DNA from: Oculina patagonica
Taxonomy: Eukaryota
Direction: 5' to 3'
Length of the DNA stretch: 64,000 nucleotides
Assembly: GCF_052425735.1 (NCBI RefSeq)
Contig: NC_135763.1
Span: forward strand, 17,438,298-17,502,297
The notes under the pieces were generated by a model, which ran no database searches, had not been told where the DNA came from, and was given only the letters and a program-made list of their open reading frames with translations. Of this stretch, positions 24,831-36,818 are shown one piece after another (positions within the stretch are counted from its first letter, which is position 1; every line of letters starts with the position of its first letter). Made by a program: the position numbers and the translations under genes.

Positions 24831-24939
24831 ATGTGTCTGGTGCTGAATGACTCATCAACTGTCATCACAGACAACTATGAGCGTCTGGTAGCAACATTTC
24901 GATCCCTTCTCCAAAGAGCCACTCCTGAAAAGCCATTCG
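24831..24939 (+). CDS. NWD-like exon 8 (MCLVLNDSSTVITDNYERLVATFRSLLQRATPEKPF)
   Basis: Acceptor CTGCAG at 24830, donor GTAATG at 24940. Confidence 0.75.
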
Positions 24940-25024
24940 GTAATGTCCAATTAGATTTTGAACAATTATTGTAAACATAATATAAAGTTTGTATTTTTTT
25001 GTGTGTAGAAAAAAGTTGTGAGGA

Positions 25025-25085
25025 AATAAAGTTGTTATGTCATGTTATGTCATGTTATGTCATATCATGTCATGTCATGTTATGT
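25025..25085. repeat. (ATGTC/ATGTT)n microsatellite
   Basis: gttatgtcatgttatgtcatgttatgtcatatcatgtcatgtcatgttatgtt. Confidence 0.9.
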
Positions 25086-25400
25086 TAACATATGTTACAT
25101 GCAGAAAGGGATATGTCGCAGAGACATGTTGCAGCGGCGTGTCAGTGTAACAGGAACAGAATGACAACACGAACACAAAAAATCATACATAGCGGAGACA
25201 TGTTCCGGAGACACGTTTCCTGAAAAGTACCAGCACATACATTTTGTGTTTTGTATACACGTTGTAATTTTTTTCTCTACTATTTTTCTTGGGCCTTTCC
25301 CCTTCAGCATCATCGGTCGTTTTTGTATCTGGACCTTTATTTTCCTTTGTAATATCGTAATGCAACTGTTAAAGAAGGATATTTTTCAAACATCTCTCAG

Positions 25401-25585
25401 TTTTGTTTTTGGACTCCTTGGATCAACTGTCCGACCAGGATGATGGGCGTGCTCTAAGATGGCTGCCGACAAGTTTGCCCAAAAATGTTCACATCATCCT
25501 GAGCACGTTACCTAACACTGGGGGATGCCTTGCTGTCCTGAAAACTAAACTGAAACCAGAGAACAACGCTGACTTTTATCTTGAG
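25401..25585 (+). CDS. NWD-like exon 9 (VLFLDSLDQLSDQDDGRALRWLPTSLPKNVHIILSTLPNTGGCLAVLKTKLKPENNADFYLE)
   Basis: Acceptor TCTCAG at 25400, donor GTACGT at 25586. The LFLDSLDQL motif corresponds to the NACHT Walker B/sensor region. Confidence 0.8.
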
Positions 25586-25985
25586 GTACGTTGTCTAATA
25601 ATAGCAAGGAAATGCGCCTTCAGTTATCCTTTCTTATTACTGAACAAAATGAAGTTATTGATCAAAATTAACCGGAGCCAGTGCAAACGTTTACATCAAA
25701 ATGTGAACTCGTTCAAATTTGAATTTTAGCTTTTAATGATCCGAAGTTTTAAAATCCACTCATTTCACACATGTTGTTCAATTTGACAATTACTTTAACA
25801 TGTACACCTTAAAAAAATTGTAATTATGTTAAATTAACACGACGCTAAAAGAAACAATGCCGAACAATGCCCAATCTTGGGAAAAGCATTCCTTAACAAG
25901 TATTGGCAAAACTATGAATTAAGAGAGTGATAAATGATCGTCGCAGTGAATTTCCAATTTACCCGGTTCGGGGGGGTCCCGGGTT

Positions 25986-25999
25986 GATCCCGTTGACCT

Positions 26000-26036
<37 letters not shown>

Positions 26037-26050
26037 CTTTTTTTTTTTCT
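25986..26050. repeat. poly-T tract (~45 T then T/C), possibly the poly-A tail of a minus-strand retroposed/SINE element
   Basis: Read directly. Confidence 0.5.
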
Positions 26051-26170
26051 TTTTTTCCCCCTTTTATTTAATAATTTTTTATTAATACTATGAATTAAAT
26101 AATTAACAAAAACTAAAATAAACGGGTGGATAACAGTAGTAAATGCGTTTGCTTAATTGCTCTCAACAGG

Positions 26171-26235
26171 TTTCATCCCTAGAATTCAGTGATGCAGAAA
26201 ACATTCTAGACACGAGATTGGAAAACGAGAAAAGG
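26171..26235 (+). CDS. NWD-like exon 10
   Basis: Acceptor CAACAG at 26170, donor GTATTC at 26236, phase-consistent. Confidence 0.6.
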
Positions 26236-27049
26236 TATTCGTCTTAACTGATTTGATTTAATTATTCTACTCAAATCCTCTGAACTCCAAAAAACTCAAA
26301 CGGTATCCAATAGTAATAAATGTCTTTTTAAATCCTAACTTTAGTTAACTATTATATTAATTTTATGCGCTGGCACATTTTGCAAAGTAACTCGAATGCT
26401 TGTGGCGTGGCACACAATCAAGTTAAAGCACAGCTGTTTGGGATCCCCATCCCGAACATCTGTAACCTATTTCTGTTTCCCGTTCAAGTCATACCATATT
26501 GTGGCTTTTTCGAAAACTTTTATCAAGTATCTATATATCTATTAGGTTTTTTTTTTCATGAGCAAACAGTCCTCCATTCAATACTCTATCATGTTTTTGT
26601 CAAGCCCAACATAGTGGAAGTTATGTTCTTTCTGTTTATTCCATTCTATGTAAGTCACTTTCTTTTCCATCGTTTTGGTTGAACCAGAAAATTTAGCATG
26701 GTCGTAAAAGCTGGAAGGCCTGGAATTGGTGAAAAAGATACAAAACGGTAAATGGAACACGAATTTTCATTTGGAACGTCCCACCGTAGCTCCCGGAAAC
26801 TGTCTATTGGAATGAACCAAACAATTCTGTTTAATTTACGTCCCAACTGGCCGGGGGAATTTCTGGAAATTTTTGGTAAATGGTTTTGAAACATCTTCTA
26901 CTTGACACCAAAGTAAATCACAAAGCATTTGGCTAGTTTTCAGTTTGGCTTAATCAAGTTCAAATCTTTACCTTTTTTAATACCTGTACCTAGGAGCACT
27001 CCCAGACTCTAGTTCTTAACTCATTTCCCTTTAAAATTAACTTACATAG

Positions 27050-27220
27050 GAAAATCACAGAAGAGCAAAGACTACAAGTATTGGAAACCTGCTCCAAGCC
27101 AACAGCTCTGTACATGAAGTTAGCTTGCGATACGGCTCTTCGATGGAAATCTTTTTCCCAGGACACACACAAAGAACTAAGACCCACAGCAACCGAACTT
27201 ATCATACAGCTCTTCGAACG
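27050..27220 (+). CDS. NWD-like exon 11 (RKITEEQRLQVLETCSKPTALYMKLACDTALRWKSFSQD…)
   Basis: Acceptor CATAG at 27049, donor GTACGT at 27221. Confidence 0.8.
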
Positions 27221-27417
27221 GTACGTGCATTCTTCTACGGGGACTTTATCATGGATTTGCTGAATATATTTTTAAATCGCCCAAATTTTTATTCTTGTCT
27301 GGAAAATGGCTAGATCAGAGCACTGAAACTGTTGAGCTGTTTCCGCGCTTATCCCGTAGAATTCCTTCGCACATCTTCGATTACTCTCCAAATGTTTTCT
27401 ATTTAGTATTTATTCAG

Positions 27418-27620
27418 CTTAGTCACCAAGCATGGAGAACAGTTTGTACGTAGAGCCTTAGGTTACATAACAGCCTCCAAAACGGGTCTAACAAAGTCAG
27501 AACTAGAAGATGTTTTATCCTGTGATGATATCGTGCTCGCTGACGAGGTCTTCAAATATCACGTGCCTCCAATCAGAAGACTGCCTCCATTACTGTGGAC
27601 ACGACTAAGGAATGACCTAG
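27418..27620 (+). CDS. NWD-like exon 12 (…GLTKSELEDVLSCDDIVLADEVFKYHVPPIRRLPPLLWTRLRNDL)
   Basis: Acceptor TTCAG at 27417, donor GTAAGA at 27621. Confidence 0.8.
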
Positions 27621-27917
27621 GTAAGAACGATCTGCTCCGTAATTAAACTGAACTGCATGTGCATGCATCGATGATGGGCACTGAAAAGACAAAACATTTT
27701 TGGGAGATTTTTTTTTATGCACGAAACTTCTCATTGCACGTGGGTACCCATGAACATACGTCTCATCTCTTTTGTTAATAATCTAAGTATTGTTTCTAGT
27801 GGTCATTCACTTATCTTCGAGATAGCTTGATTCCAGGGAAACAAACTTTAAAAATAACATAACATGGTTAAAATTTACAACTGGCAGGAGGCAGGCCAGT
27901 GAACAAATCCAGCTAGT

Positions 27918-27994
27918 GGCAGGGTGGAGGGTTTGAATCCGTAACCTCTGGATTAGAACACCAGCGCCCTTAACCACTCGGCCACATTGCCTGC
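27918..27994 (-). pseudogene. tRNA-derived sequence (class-II-type D-arm GTGGCCGAGTGGTTAAGG; pseudo-tRNA or SINE head) in an NWD intron
   Basis: Reverse complement: GCAGGCAATGTGGCCGAGTGGTTAAGGGCGCTGGTGTTCTAATCCAGAGGTTACGGATTCAAACCCTCCACCCTGCCA. It has an A-box and a degenerate B-box. The anticodon stem has only 4 bp plus a mismatch, and the acceptor stem has 5 of 7 pairs, so it is not a functional cloverleaf. Confidence 0.4.
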
Positions 27995-28035
27995 AGTTAC
28001 TGTAATTGTAATACACTTGTTTTGACTTGTTGCAG

Positions 28036-28186
28036 GGAGTTATTTGGTCAAAGTAGCAGCGGACGGTCACGTGGTATACAAGTGGTATCACAGGTTGTTT
28101 CTGGAGGCAGCAAGGAGTTACTTTTTGAGTGATAAGCCTTTTACGGACTCGCTTCACAGAGATCTAGCGAACTACTTTAATGGCAG
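28036..28186 (+). CDS. NWD-like exon 13
   Basis: Acceptor TTGCAG at 28035, donor GTAAAT at 28187, phase-consistent. Confidence 0.75.
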
Positions 28187-28653
28187 GTAAATAATCGTAT
28201 TTACATAATTAAGGACCTCATATTATTACGTATAGAAGTTAATTCGGACAATAATTCTTTAACTAATGTCAGATAGGTTCCAGTGCAGTTTCGCAAAAAA
28301 AAGAAAAATTGGAAAATTTTGTATTTTTAACCCAACACCCTGTTCACCTCTTGAAACTATGAGTGGATGTCATCTTCAGGGGTTCTCTATCTTTACCCGG
28401 ATGATCTTGCCAAACAGTGCAACCAAGTTTGAAAATTGTAAAAATAAAAACAAAGAATGAAAACGATTAAAATTTTGTACGTGGTTAAAATAACCGAACT
28501 CCCCCTCATTGCTTCACTGTAGTAATTTTCAAGACGGTAAACTTTAGTAAAGAATTTACGCACAAAATGGTTTTTGCTTTGTTCTTCAAGTCAGGTGTGT
28601 GGTGCTTGTAACTAATAGTATTTCGAGTCAGGTGTTTTCGGTTGTCAATCCTG

Positions 28654-28654
<1 letters not shown>

Positions 28655-28706
<52 letters not shown>

Positions 28707-28725
28707 GTCAACCAATCAACCAAAC

Positions 28726-28813
<88 letters not shown>

Positions 28814-28889
28814 CAATCAATCAATCAATCAATCAATCAACCATCAATCAGTCAATCAATCAATCAATCAATCAACCAATCAGTCAGTG

Positions 28890-28928
<39 letters not shown>

Positions 28929-28930
28929 GT
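28655..28930. repeat. (CAAT)n microsatellite with CAGT/CAAC variants, ~275 bp, intronic
   Basis: Read directly. It explains the spurious INQS-repeat ORFs at 28599 and 28642. Confidence 0.95.
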
Positions 28931-29019
28931 TTTAGGCTATGTTGCGTGAATTGTATATCTATAAGAACGTATCGATGCCACTATTTTTGCGATTACTTGA
29001 ATAATTTCCTCTACTGAAG

Positions 29020-29233
29020 GTGGGCACGGGAAGCAAAGCCATATACAGATAAGCAAGGCAACACAAGAAGCGCTCACAGAATGGTGGCAGACCAACCGCT
29101 GATATTAAGTACTGACGTCGACGATAAGATGGATTTGGGAGATGAAGAGGCGGGACCGAGATACAATTTGCGCAAATTAAGCGAGCTTCCTTATCATTTG
29201 ATACGATCTGAGATGTGGTACGAATTTGTTGAG
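29020..29233 (+). CDS. NWD-like exon 14 (…DLGDEEAGPRYNLRKLSELPYHLIRSEMWYEFVE)
   Basis: Acceptor CTGAAG at 29019, donor GTTTGT at 29234. Confidence 0.8.
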
Positions 29234-29891
29234 GTTTGTATTCTGAAGATTTTTTTTTCACAATGTGGTTGCAGGTACATGTAATAGGCCTTATGCTTGA
29301 TAACATTTACGTCAGTTGTCCAAAATTCCTTTCAAGCCTCATCTACGCGAAATTCTTCTCAAGCTTCTGGAACCTTCATGCTCTTTTCACGGGCGTTTTC
29401 TTTTCATTTTTGCTACCTGGGGAATTCATTCGATCAGCGTGCGTAGGTGTTTGAGTGGAATTTGAATAATTGTGGTAAAAGAAATAAAAGAGGTTTTTTT
29501 ATTTGTAACCAGAAAAAAGAAGTGTTCAGTCATGTTGCCATGTTCAAAAAGAGAGTGCGACATTTCTGTAATTTATTTCTACAGGTGTCCCTCGAAACCT
29601 TATTTTTACTTTTTTTCAAAGTTTATGTTTTTATCCCAAGAGTGGCCAACATCCACTTTCTCTTCATAAAATAAGCACATAATTCAACGTACAGTCCAGG
29701 CGAATTGAGATAATCTCCAAACTACTATTATTATGAAGTTAAGGAACCATTGAAAGTCTTGCTGTTACATGATTATATGTATCGTGTTTTCGAGTAGAAT
29801 GTCCTGATGTATGGTGTATTTACTTGGTTTTATGTCGACATGCTTTGTAGCCCAATGTATATTTGTGAAGCATTTCATTTTTTTTTTCTAG

Positions 29892-29969
29892 ATTGTCTGC
29901 CAGATTCCGTGGCTAATGGCAAAATGTAAGGCTGGCAAAGCATTCGAACTCACCCTAGAACTCTCTGAG
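29892..29969 (+). CDS. NWD-like exon 15
   Basis: Acceptor TTTCTAG at 29891, donor GTAAGA at 29970, 26 codons. Confidence 0.7.
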
Positions 29970-30478
29970 GTAAGATCAAGAGAGCGATTGTATTCAGCCT
30001 GCTGTATATATTTTTTTATTATTTCAAGAACGCCTAACATTGCAAAAGTTTACTTTACAATGTTGAAAGGTAGGAAATCGATAAAAAGAAGACTAGAGGA
30101 CACTAAGAACAAGTTACCTGATCTTTTGTGTGCCAGTTGGTACACAGATAACTTGATTTGCTCTATTCCAGTCCCTGAGTCTTAATGGATGAAGTCGAAC
30201 AAGTAATCAATTACTACTTAATTTTATGGCTCATGTTATTCTTTCTCTAAGGACTATATATAAGGGGCTAGGCTTCGGACGTTTTCTTGCGTTTGAAATC
30301 GGTCACATGCTTTTGTTTCAGTTTATTGTAGATTTATCTGTTGTGGCCAAGAATGATTAAGAATTGCAATTAGTTCAAGTGAAATTACTTTAAAACCTCA
30401 TATTTTATTGTGCTACATGTATGTCGTGATCTACTCTACCAATGTATCTCAATAGCCGCCATATTAATTTCACTGCAG

Positions 30479-30634
30479 GCTTCACTGAAGTGCACCAAAG
30501 ACAAATCAGCCATTATCGAAGATGTTTATAGCTGCATTCGAGCCAATGCTCAACAGCTGAGACAGTTTCCTGAGCTAGTTCCCCAACTCTGTCTCAATGA
30601 GCCGTACGTCTCATACTGTCAAACCATGGCACAG
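30479..30634 (+). CDS. NWD-like exon 16
   Basis: Acceptor CTGCAG at 30478, donor GTAAGT at 30635, 52 codons. Confidence 0.75.
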
Positions 30635-31274
30635 GTAAGTTGCTTTAGTTTTACAGAGTTCCTTAGTCTTGCTTGGTGGTCATCCCTCATGCTCAAGCGA
30701 CGCACAAGTGTCAAGTGGACTTTTTTTTGAGAATCTGTTTGTTACTGATGAAGCTGCCTCTTACAAATGACGTGAACTTGAGCTTTAGGTGCACAGTTTG
30801 CCGTTTTTCATGACATCTCTACCAGAACTTGACCAACGTTACAAGATAAGCCTTAAATAGGTGGCAAAATTGAAGAAAATCATCAAATACTGTCACGTAT
30901 GTCCAGGATTGAACGCAGGTAATGTTTAATGAGTACTTCTTGTTTCTGCGCTTTTGACATTTCCATATTATTTCATATATGATATATTTTGTTTTTTGTG
31001 AACTTTTTTTATTAAGGATTTTTTTTTTTTGGGAAGCTTTTTTTAGCCTTAACCCGCAAAATATTAAAAATAGACTTTCTTTTGATGTTTGCCCAGTTCT
31101 CTCAAGCTAATACTTTCAAAAGAAATGTAGGGCGTTTAGTATTTTATTTGGCACCGAAAAGTTAAGCAATTAGTAACTTTTCTTTATATATAAAATAAGA
31201 CGCCATTAATATTAATGTTTATCAGTTTGAAGTCAACCTGACAGCTTTTCTCTCTTTGCTTTTGCACAACGCAG

Positions 31275-31305
31275 AAATATTTAAAGACTACCAGCAGCTC
31301 TTCAG
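31275..31305 (+). CDS. NWD-like exon 17 (31-nt microexon; splice choice uncertain)
   Basis: Acceptor ACGCAG at 31274, donor GTAAGA at 31306. This is needed for phase continuity into the next exon. An alternative upstream exon 31532-31694 in another frame cannot be excluded. Confidence 0.45.
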
Positions 31306-31694
31306 GTAAGAGAACATAAAAGTCACAGATACACTTCAAAAGTAGTTCTAAATTTGCAGTCAGCTCCCGTACATTTAAAGTGTTATACTGGTCTTGTCAT
31401 CAGGCAAAGAGTGAAAATAAACATGTCACTCAAATCAGTCAAATGGACAGATTTTATACCAAATTGAAGCAAAATGATATGTCCTGGTTTTGCTGTTGTT
31501 AATTTTCTGGTTGTTGTTGTTTAACATGTAGTTTGAAACGACCTTTTAAGCAAAGCAGTGTATTTTCTCGAGATCGAGCGCTCATTGTCTGGTCCCTTCG
31601 GCTCAAACTTGAAGCTCACATCAAGACCAGAAGTCTCAAGGGCTCTGAAACAAAACACGATGCACTAATTGAATGTTGTTCATCTGGCCCCAAG

Positions 31695-31855
31695 GTAACA
31701 AGATCACTCTATGGCGAGACCTGACAAAGCTGGAATCTCGAAAGATTAACGTTGCATCATTTAAGCACCCGACAGCGGTGCGAAAATGCGTGTTTTCCAA
31801 AGGATGCAAATATCTTGCCACTTATGCTGCAGACGGGGTGTTACGTATTTTCATG
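31695..31855 (+). CDS. NWD-like exon 18, the first WD40 exon (…NKITLWRDL…VRKCVFSKGCKYLATYAADGVLRIFM)
   Basis: Pyrimidine-rich acceptor …CATCTGGCCCCAAG at 31694, donor GTAAGT at 31856. The sequence has typical WD40 repeat features. Confidence 0.55.
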
Positions 31856-32443
31856 GTAAGTGCTATGGATGACGTGAAAGCGTGTAACGTTTTTGCGACT
31901 GTTATGAGCTATGGATCTAACCAAAGGAACCAGTGAATCTCCAAACCTGGAGGCTAGCGAACGCCCACACGGTAGCTCCTGCTTTAGTATCGTGTAAAAA
32001 ATATTAAAAACCATTCACACCACCAACAGATAACTGAAAGACTGAATTTTATACAGGGTTAAAGAAAGCTCGAACTTATTTTTTCATTTTCATTTGCTAA
32101 ATTCAAAGTCAGTTAGCAACTTCTATGAAGGAAACAATTTAAAAACGTGTTTAACAAAATCGATTTTGGACGTACTTTAGCTTTGGCGTGAACGGCGTAT
32201 TTATTTAATTCATCAAAATCAGTGTGTGTTGGTCACTGATGGTCTGAACATACCGAAAATTCTGTAGACACAAGTCAAAAGTCAAAACTTAAACTGCCTG
32301 CTAAAACCAATAGCTCAATGAAACCTATAACTAACAAACCTTTGTCATGTCTTGGCTTCACTAACAATAGGAGCCACTCACATAGCGGTGAAAATTTAAT
32401 TGTCAACAAAGACCAACTTTTTTGTTACAAATTTTGTCCCCCC

Positions 32444-32485
32444 CCCCCCCCCCCCAAAAAAAAAAAAAAAAAAAAAAAAACTAAG
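32444..32485. repeat. poly-C(17) followed by poly-A(~28)
   Basis: Read directly. Confidence 0.95.
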
Positions 32486-32677
32486 ACAAATGAAAAGCTT
32501 TTGGTTTCATTTACACCTCACTACAACTACCGAATCGGATTTTGCAGAAATGATAGTTCAAAAACTTTGAAATTGTCAAAAAATCTCTCATCCAGAACAT
32601 TATAATCCGGTGATGAAGAATGAGTGTTTTATGTATTTTAGGACAGTCACCAGACTCTCACGGCTGTGTTTCTTTAG

Positions 32678-32825
32678 GTGGCAAGTGGCTACACCGTCAT
32701 GACAAAACATTGTGACTGTCACGTGATATCGTTTCCTGCAAGCATCGACCAGTGTCATTGGGTCGCAGTCGCGGGCACAAAATCCATTGTCCGTTACGGC
32801 TTAGGCTCCGGTGGCAAACACGAAG
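32678..32825 (+). CDS. NWD-like exon 19 (WD40)
   Basis: Acceptor TCTTTAG at 32677, donor GTAGGC at 32826. Confidence 0.65.
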
Positions 32826-33327
32826 GTAGGCTATTGGTGGTGAACTGATAAGACACTTCCAGTGTGCTTACACCAAGCTTAAGTTTTGACTTAAATAATC
32901 CAGCTAGGTTTAGGACTAAGGGTCTTCTTTATATCTTAAGAAGATTGTTTGACCAATTGGCTCATTAAGTTCATTATCGTTTAATATTTTAGTATTCACT
33001 CAGTAACTGTGATTACCTAGCTAACACAATGCTAACAAAATACCATTAATTTGCATCAAAATCACACAAGTAGTTAAATGTAAACTGATCGGATTGAATC
33101 CGAACGATTCAGTTATATCATGATTAATTAATGACATTAATGTTATCGATGCTTTCCCAACTTTTGCCAGGCATGAAAATAACACATAGGTGGCAAACTA
33201 AACAACAAATACAGGCTTTTCAGACGGAAGTGTTTTGTACGCTATTAGCAGCAGACGTGAAGTGTGCATACAATCGTTGCCTTTTCTTTTACAAAATAGA
33301 GTTTATAATACACCTGCTTTTTGTTAG

Positions 33328-33413
33328 GTACTATCCTGCAAGAGATAAAAGTTGACTGCGACATAGATGACAGAGCAAGCCTCGCTATCACCAAGAAAGG
33401 AAAAGTTTGGGAG
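33328..33413 (+). CDS. NWD-like exon 20
   Basis: Acceptor TTGTTAG at 33327, donor GTAAGT at 33414. Phase 1 in, matching exon 19. Confidence 0.65.
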
Positions 33414-33662
33414 GTAAGTCAAATGGAGAAAAAGAGATGGCAATAATACATGTGCTGTTACGTTTATCAGAAATCGTTGAGTAATTTCCTGAAAAGTGGT
33501 AAACCGATGGAAAATCGAAGTTTGTATTGGTTACAAAAAACGACAACGTTCACGAATATTACAGCATTTTGTAAACTTTCAGCTGTAGCTTTTAGCGGTG
33601 CAATGTCGTAATGACTCTGATAGTTTTACACAAGGAATTGCTTACGTTTGTTTTCATTGCAG

Positions 33663-33752
33663 ATATTTCTAGCGACATCGCATGGCAAACTACGCTCGTA
33701 CAGTACTTCACCGTCCTCTCATGGACAGCCTGTCCTGAAAGAAGAGCTACCA
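33663..33752 (+). CDS. NWD-like exon 21
   Basis: Acceptor CATTGCAG at 33662, donor GTACGT at 33753. Confidence 0.6.
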
Positions 33753-34242
33753 GTACGTATATAAGGGACTTGAAATGGGTCGATCACGAACTCCTTAAGT
33801 GAAATCCTGATACCTTACCTTTAAGTTTGTAACTCTGGTGTGTGAACCGTCATGATCAAATGAAAGACAAACTCTAAACTTTGGCACTTTCATACGTAAG
33901 GTGATTGACGTTGTCAGTAATGGTGGGATAACCCATGGCCAAACGGCTTTAAGGCTCTGGTCCCAAAGCACCAGGCTTCAAGCCTCCCCAAAAATGGCCT
34001 GCACACACGGCAAAATAATATCAGGGCTCAAAGAAACAAAACAATAGGGCTCCAGTCTCCACATCGAGCGTTTTAGGCTTCGCCACTGTATGCACTGGCT
34101 GTCATTTGTGCCACTAGTATCGTGAGATATTTGTGATAAGTGACAACTGATTGATTAAAATCGCAAACTTGTTAAACTGCTTTTTAAGCATAAAAACTAG
34201 AAGTATAGTGAAACACTAATAATGTTTTCTCTTTATTTATAG

Positions 34243-34335
34243 AGAAGACCAAAAGTTCTTACTATCTCACCAAATGGGAATTCACTCGCTTTTGGATCAG
34301 ACAAGGTGTATTTATGGAGCCCTAAATCTCAAAAG
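34243..34335 (+). CDS. NWD-like exon 22 (…NGNSLAFGSDKVYLWSPKSQK, a canonical WD repeat)
   Basis: Acceptor TTATAG at 34242, donor GTAAAT at 34336. Confidence 0.75.
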
Positions 34336-34824
34336 GTAAATCAAAATACAGCCTTTTTAAAGTCGTACCGTTCTTGATGCTTGGATTTGTGGATGCATGT
34401 AAATTTAAAGGATTGATTTCATGGTAACACAAAACTGTTATGTGTTAGTTCGGAGCCTAAGCAACGTGCATGCAGTAGGCAAAAAAACGTGTTTTACCGT
34501 TTACACTTTGTTTTTAGGCTAAGAATGGCAAGTCTGAATACTGTACCGTAAAACATGTATTTACTCTTTGAATATTTCAACATTCCGAAGGTGGTATTGG
34601 TTCCTCCGTGTGGCAAGGTGCTTTGCACTCAATGCTTGGAATGGTGATTTGTGCAGTACGTGTATATATACTCTGTAGCTCAGCTCCAGTATTGTGAATA
34701 ACAATTTAAACAGTGTATTTAAGAATCTAGGCTCAACTAGTATGGGCTGTTTTAGAAGTCTATTTAGTTTCAACTAGTGCGAAACAGTCTTTTCAATAAA
34801 TGAATATTTTGTACCTTTCATTAG

Positions 34825-34957
34825 GATGTCAAAGTGTTCGAAACAGGCAAAAAGACGAATCCACAAATGGACAGAGCTACCTTGCGTTTCTCAAAAAATG
34901 GAGCGAAGCTTGGAGCAGTGCTATCAAATGGAACATACATTTGGAACACACAATCTG
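34825..34957 (+). CDS. NWD-like exon 23 (WD40)
   Basis: Acceptor CATTAG at 34824, donor GTTAGT at 34958. Confidence 0.7.
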
Positions 34958-35549
34958 GTTAGTCAGTATGTATGTCTAAGCACAAAAACTACATGTAATG
35001 AAAAGAATTTGCATGGGCTAACGGGTGAAATACAGTATATGGCACAAATTTATCATCAATCAAAATAACCTTAGAGTTAGTCATGCAGTTTAAGAGATGA
35101 GCTGAAGTACTTGATTTCCATCAAAAAATGACATTTTACGATAAGTCTTGAAGAGAACAATAAGAGAATACAAACGTGTAAAAACTACGTCAACACGAAG
35201 GTAACTTTCACACCCACGGACAATCTTTTTTTTTCGTATTCTTTGCGTATAAACAATTGCAATCCATTCGAGTCTCGAAACATGCAAAATAGACGATTTT
35301 AGCTGATTGTTTAAAAAGGAAATTAAGATCAAGTACAACTGTTGCTCTTTCTTTATTATTTAAACGACAATTAGGTGAAAAAAAGCGTAGCAAATTGGCA
35401 TGGCATGCATTACAGCACATAAAAATTGATCTGAAGAGTATGCTACATGTCATGATTTGACGCCAACCTTTTTTATTCTCTTGTTTTTCTTCCTGTTATC
35501 ATTTAAATCATTCTAGCTTATAATACTCAAAGCGCCATCTTTGTTGCAG

Positions 35550-35662
35550 CAAAGCTACTTAGAACACTTGCCCTAAATTGTTTGGGCGTGGAATTTGTGG
35601 TGTTTTCTCCAGAGTTTGACTACATTGCATCTCAAGAGCTGAAAGACAAAGAGCACCTTCAG
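35550..35662 (+). CDS. NWD-like exon 24
   Basis: Acceptor GTTGCAG at 35549, donor GTATAT at 35663. Confidence 0.7.
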
Positions 35663-36122
35663 GTATATTCATTCGCTTGTACTTTGCTGATCGTTCTTTT
35701 TGCCTTTTCCTCGTAGCATAAACAACTTGAGGGACAGGATTGAGTAGGATTAGTTTAATTTTATAACACCTCATATCCAAATAAGCAGCCATTAAAATAC
35801 ACCTTAGATGTCCCAAGGGCAGATGGGCCTTTTCACTAGATAAATCATTTTCCTCTGGATAAGTGGTAGCAAGACCAACTACACTATCAAGTGTATATTA
35901 GATTATTCCATTGTGGTTCTGCACTGTGAGAGTTCTTGCTCAAAAACAGGGAGGGAATACTTGTCAGTCTCGACCTCTCAGACAAGTGACGGGATCTTGA
36001 GTGTAGAAAGCACTGCCGACTAGACCACTGTCTCTTCCAAACTGTGTTTGACTTGTGTATCGAGTAGCATGTGGTTTGAGTAGCAGTAACTGCAAAGCAG
36101 ACTGCAACATTTTTTCTTAAAG

Positions 36123-36317
36123 GTGCTATGCATGGCTCCACCGTATGACAAAAGTCCAGAATGGGAAACACTGACTGGCCATTCTGGTGAAGTTAGGGAC
36201 TGTTGTATTGGGAACAGAGAAAGCGGCCATCCCTTGATTGCCAGTGCATCAGATGACAACACAGTTCAACTGTGGGATACCAGGAACATGCCTTCCCCAA
36301 AAGTCGTAAAACTTCCG
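36123..36317 (+). CDS. NWD-like exon 25 (…TLTGHSGEVRDCCIGN…LIASASDDNTVQLWDTRN…, WD40)
   Basis: Acceptor CTTAAAG at 36122, donor GTAAGT at 36318. The GH…SDDxTVxLWD motif is the hallmark WD repeat. Confidence 0.85.
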
Positions 36318-36474
36318 GTAAGTTGTTATAGTAAGGACCTCCGTTCAGAATTTCAGTTTCCATCAATTCCACAACTAAACTAAGTTCCTTAGTCTCTTTA
36401 GCGTGCTTGATATTAACCTATCGATGTCCCGTATGCCTAAACGCTCGCTCTTTACCTATTAATTTCTGTTTTAG

Positions 36475-36619
36475 AATCACAACCATTCTGTTCAAGAGTG
36501 TACGTTTTCAAGCGATGACAGATTAGCAGTAAGCTGCTCTGCAACTGAGACATGGGTGTGGCAAGCTCAACAGCCAGTCCATAGGCTTCACCGGTTGCAC
36601 CCAGCTTCTGGTACTGGTG
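36475..36619 (+). CDS. NWD-like exon 26
   Basis: Acceptor TGTTTTAG at 36474, donor GTAAGA at 36620. Confidence 0.7.
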
Positions 36620-36740
36620 GTAAGACATCCAAGCCTGTTTTAATCCTGTAATGCTTGTTGTGTCGTAAAGAGACTAGAAGCAGCTGTCTAATTTAAGTTT
36701 ATTGGTATTGAGAAATGTGTAGAAGTTGAAAGCAGAACTG

Positions 36741-36818
36741 AATCTCCGACGGGAATTAGGCCCATGGCCTTCTGAAAACGGCGGTCGGACGCTCTAACCA
36801 CTGAGCTACATTGAGGCT
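36741..36818 (-). pseudogene. tRNA-derived SINE-like sequence (A-box TAGCTCAGTGG, degenerate B-box) in an NWD intron
   Basis: Reverse complement: GCCTCAATGTAGCTCAGTGGTTAGAGCGTCCGACCGCCGTTTTCAGAAGGCCATGGGCCTAATTCCCGTCGGAG. No canonical anticodon or T arms can be folded. Confidence 0.35.

Noticed and set aside
28655-28930. Possible CRISPR-like array
   Set aside because: It is a 4-bp microsatellite in a eukaryotic intron, with no repeat-spacer architecture. The window is clearly eukaryotic.
28599-28949. ORFs encoding INQSINQS… repeats
   Set aside because: They are translations of the (CAAT)n microsatellite, not genes.
31532-31694. Alternative exon in another frame (LKRPFKQSSVFSRDRALIVWSL…)
   Set aside because: Joining it to the flanking exons breaks phase (a stop follows the 31531 acceptor). 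The WD40-like frame from 31695 is phase-consistent. I kept it as a low-probability alternative.
36741-36818. Functional tRNA call
   Set aside because: The A-box is present, but no anticodon stem-loop or T-arm can be formed, and the acceptor stem would need 9 nt.
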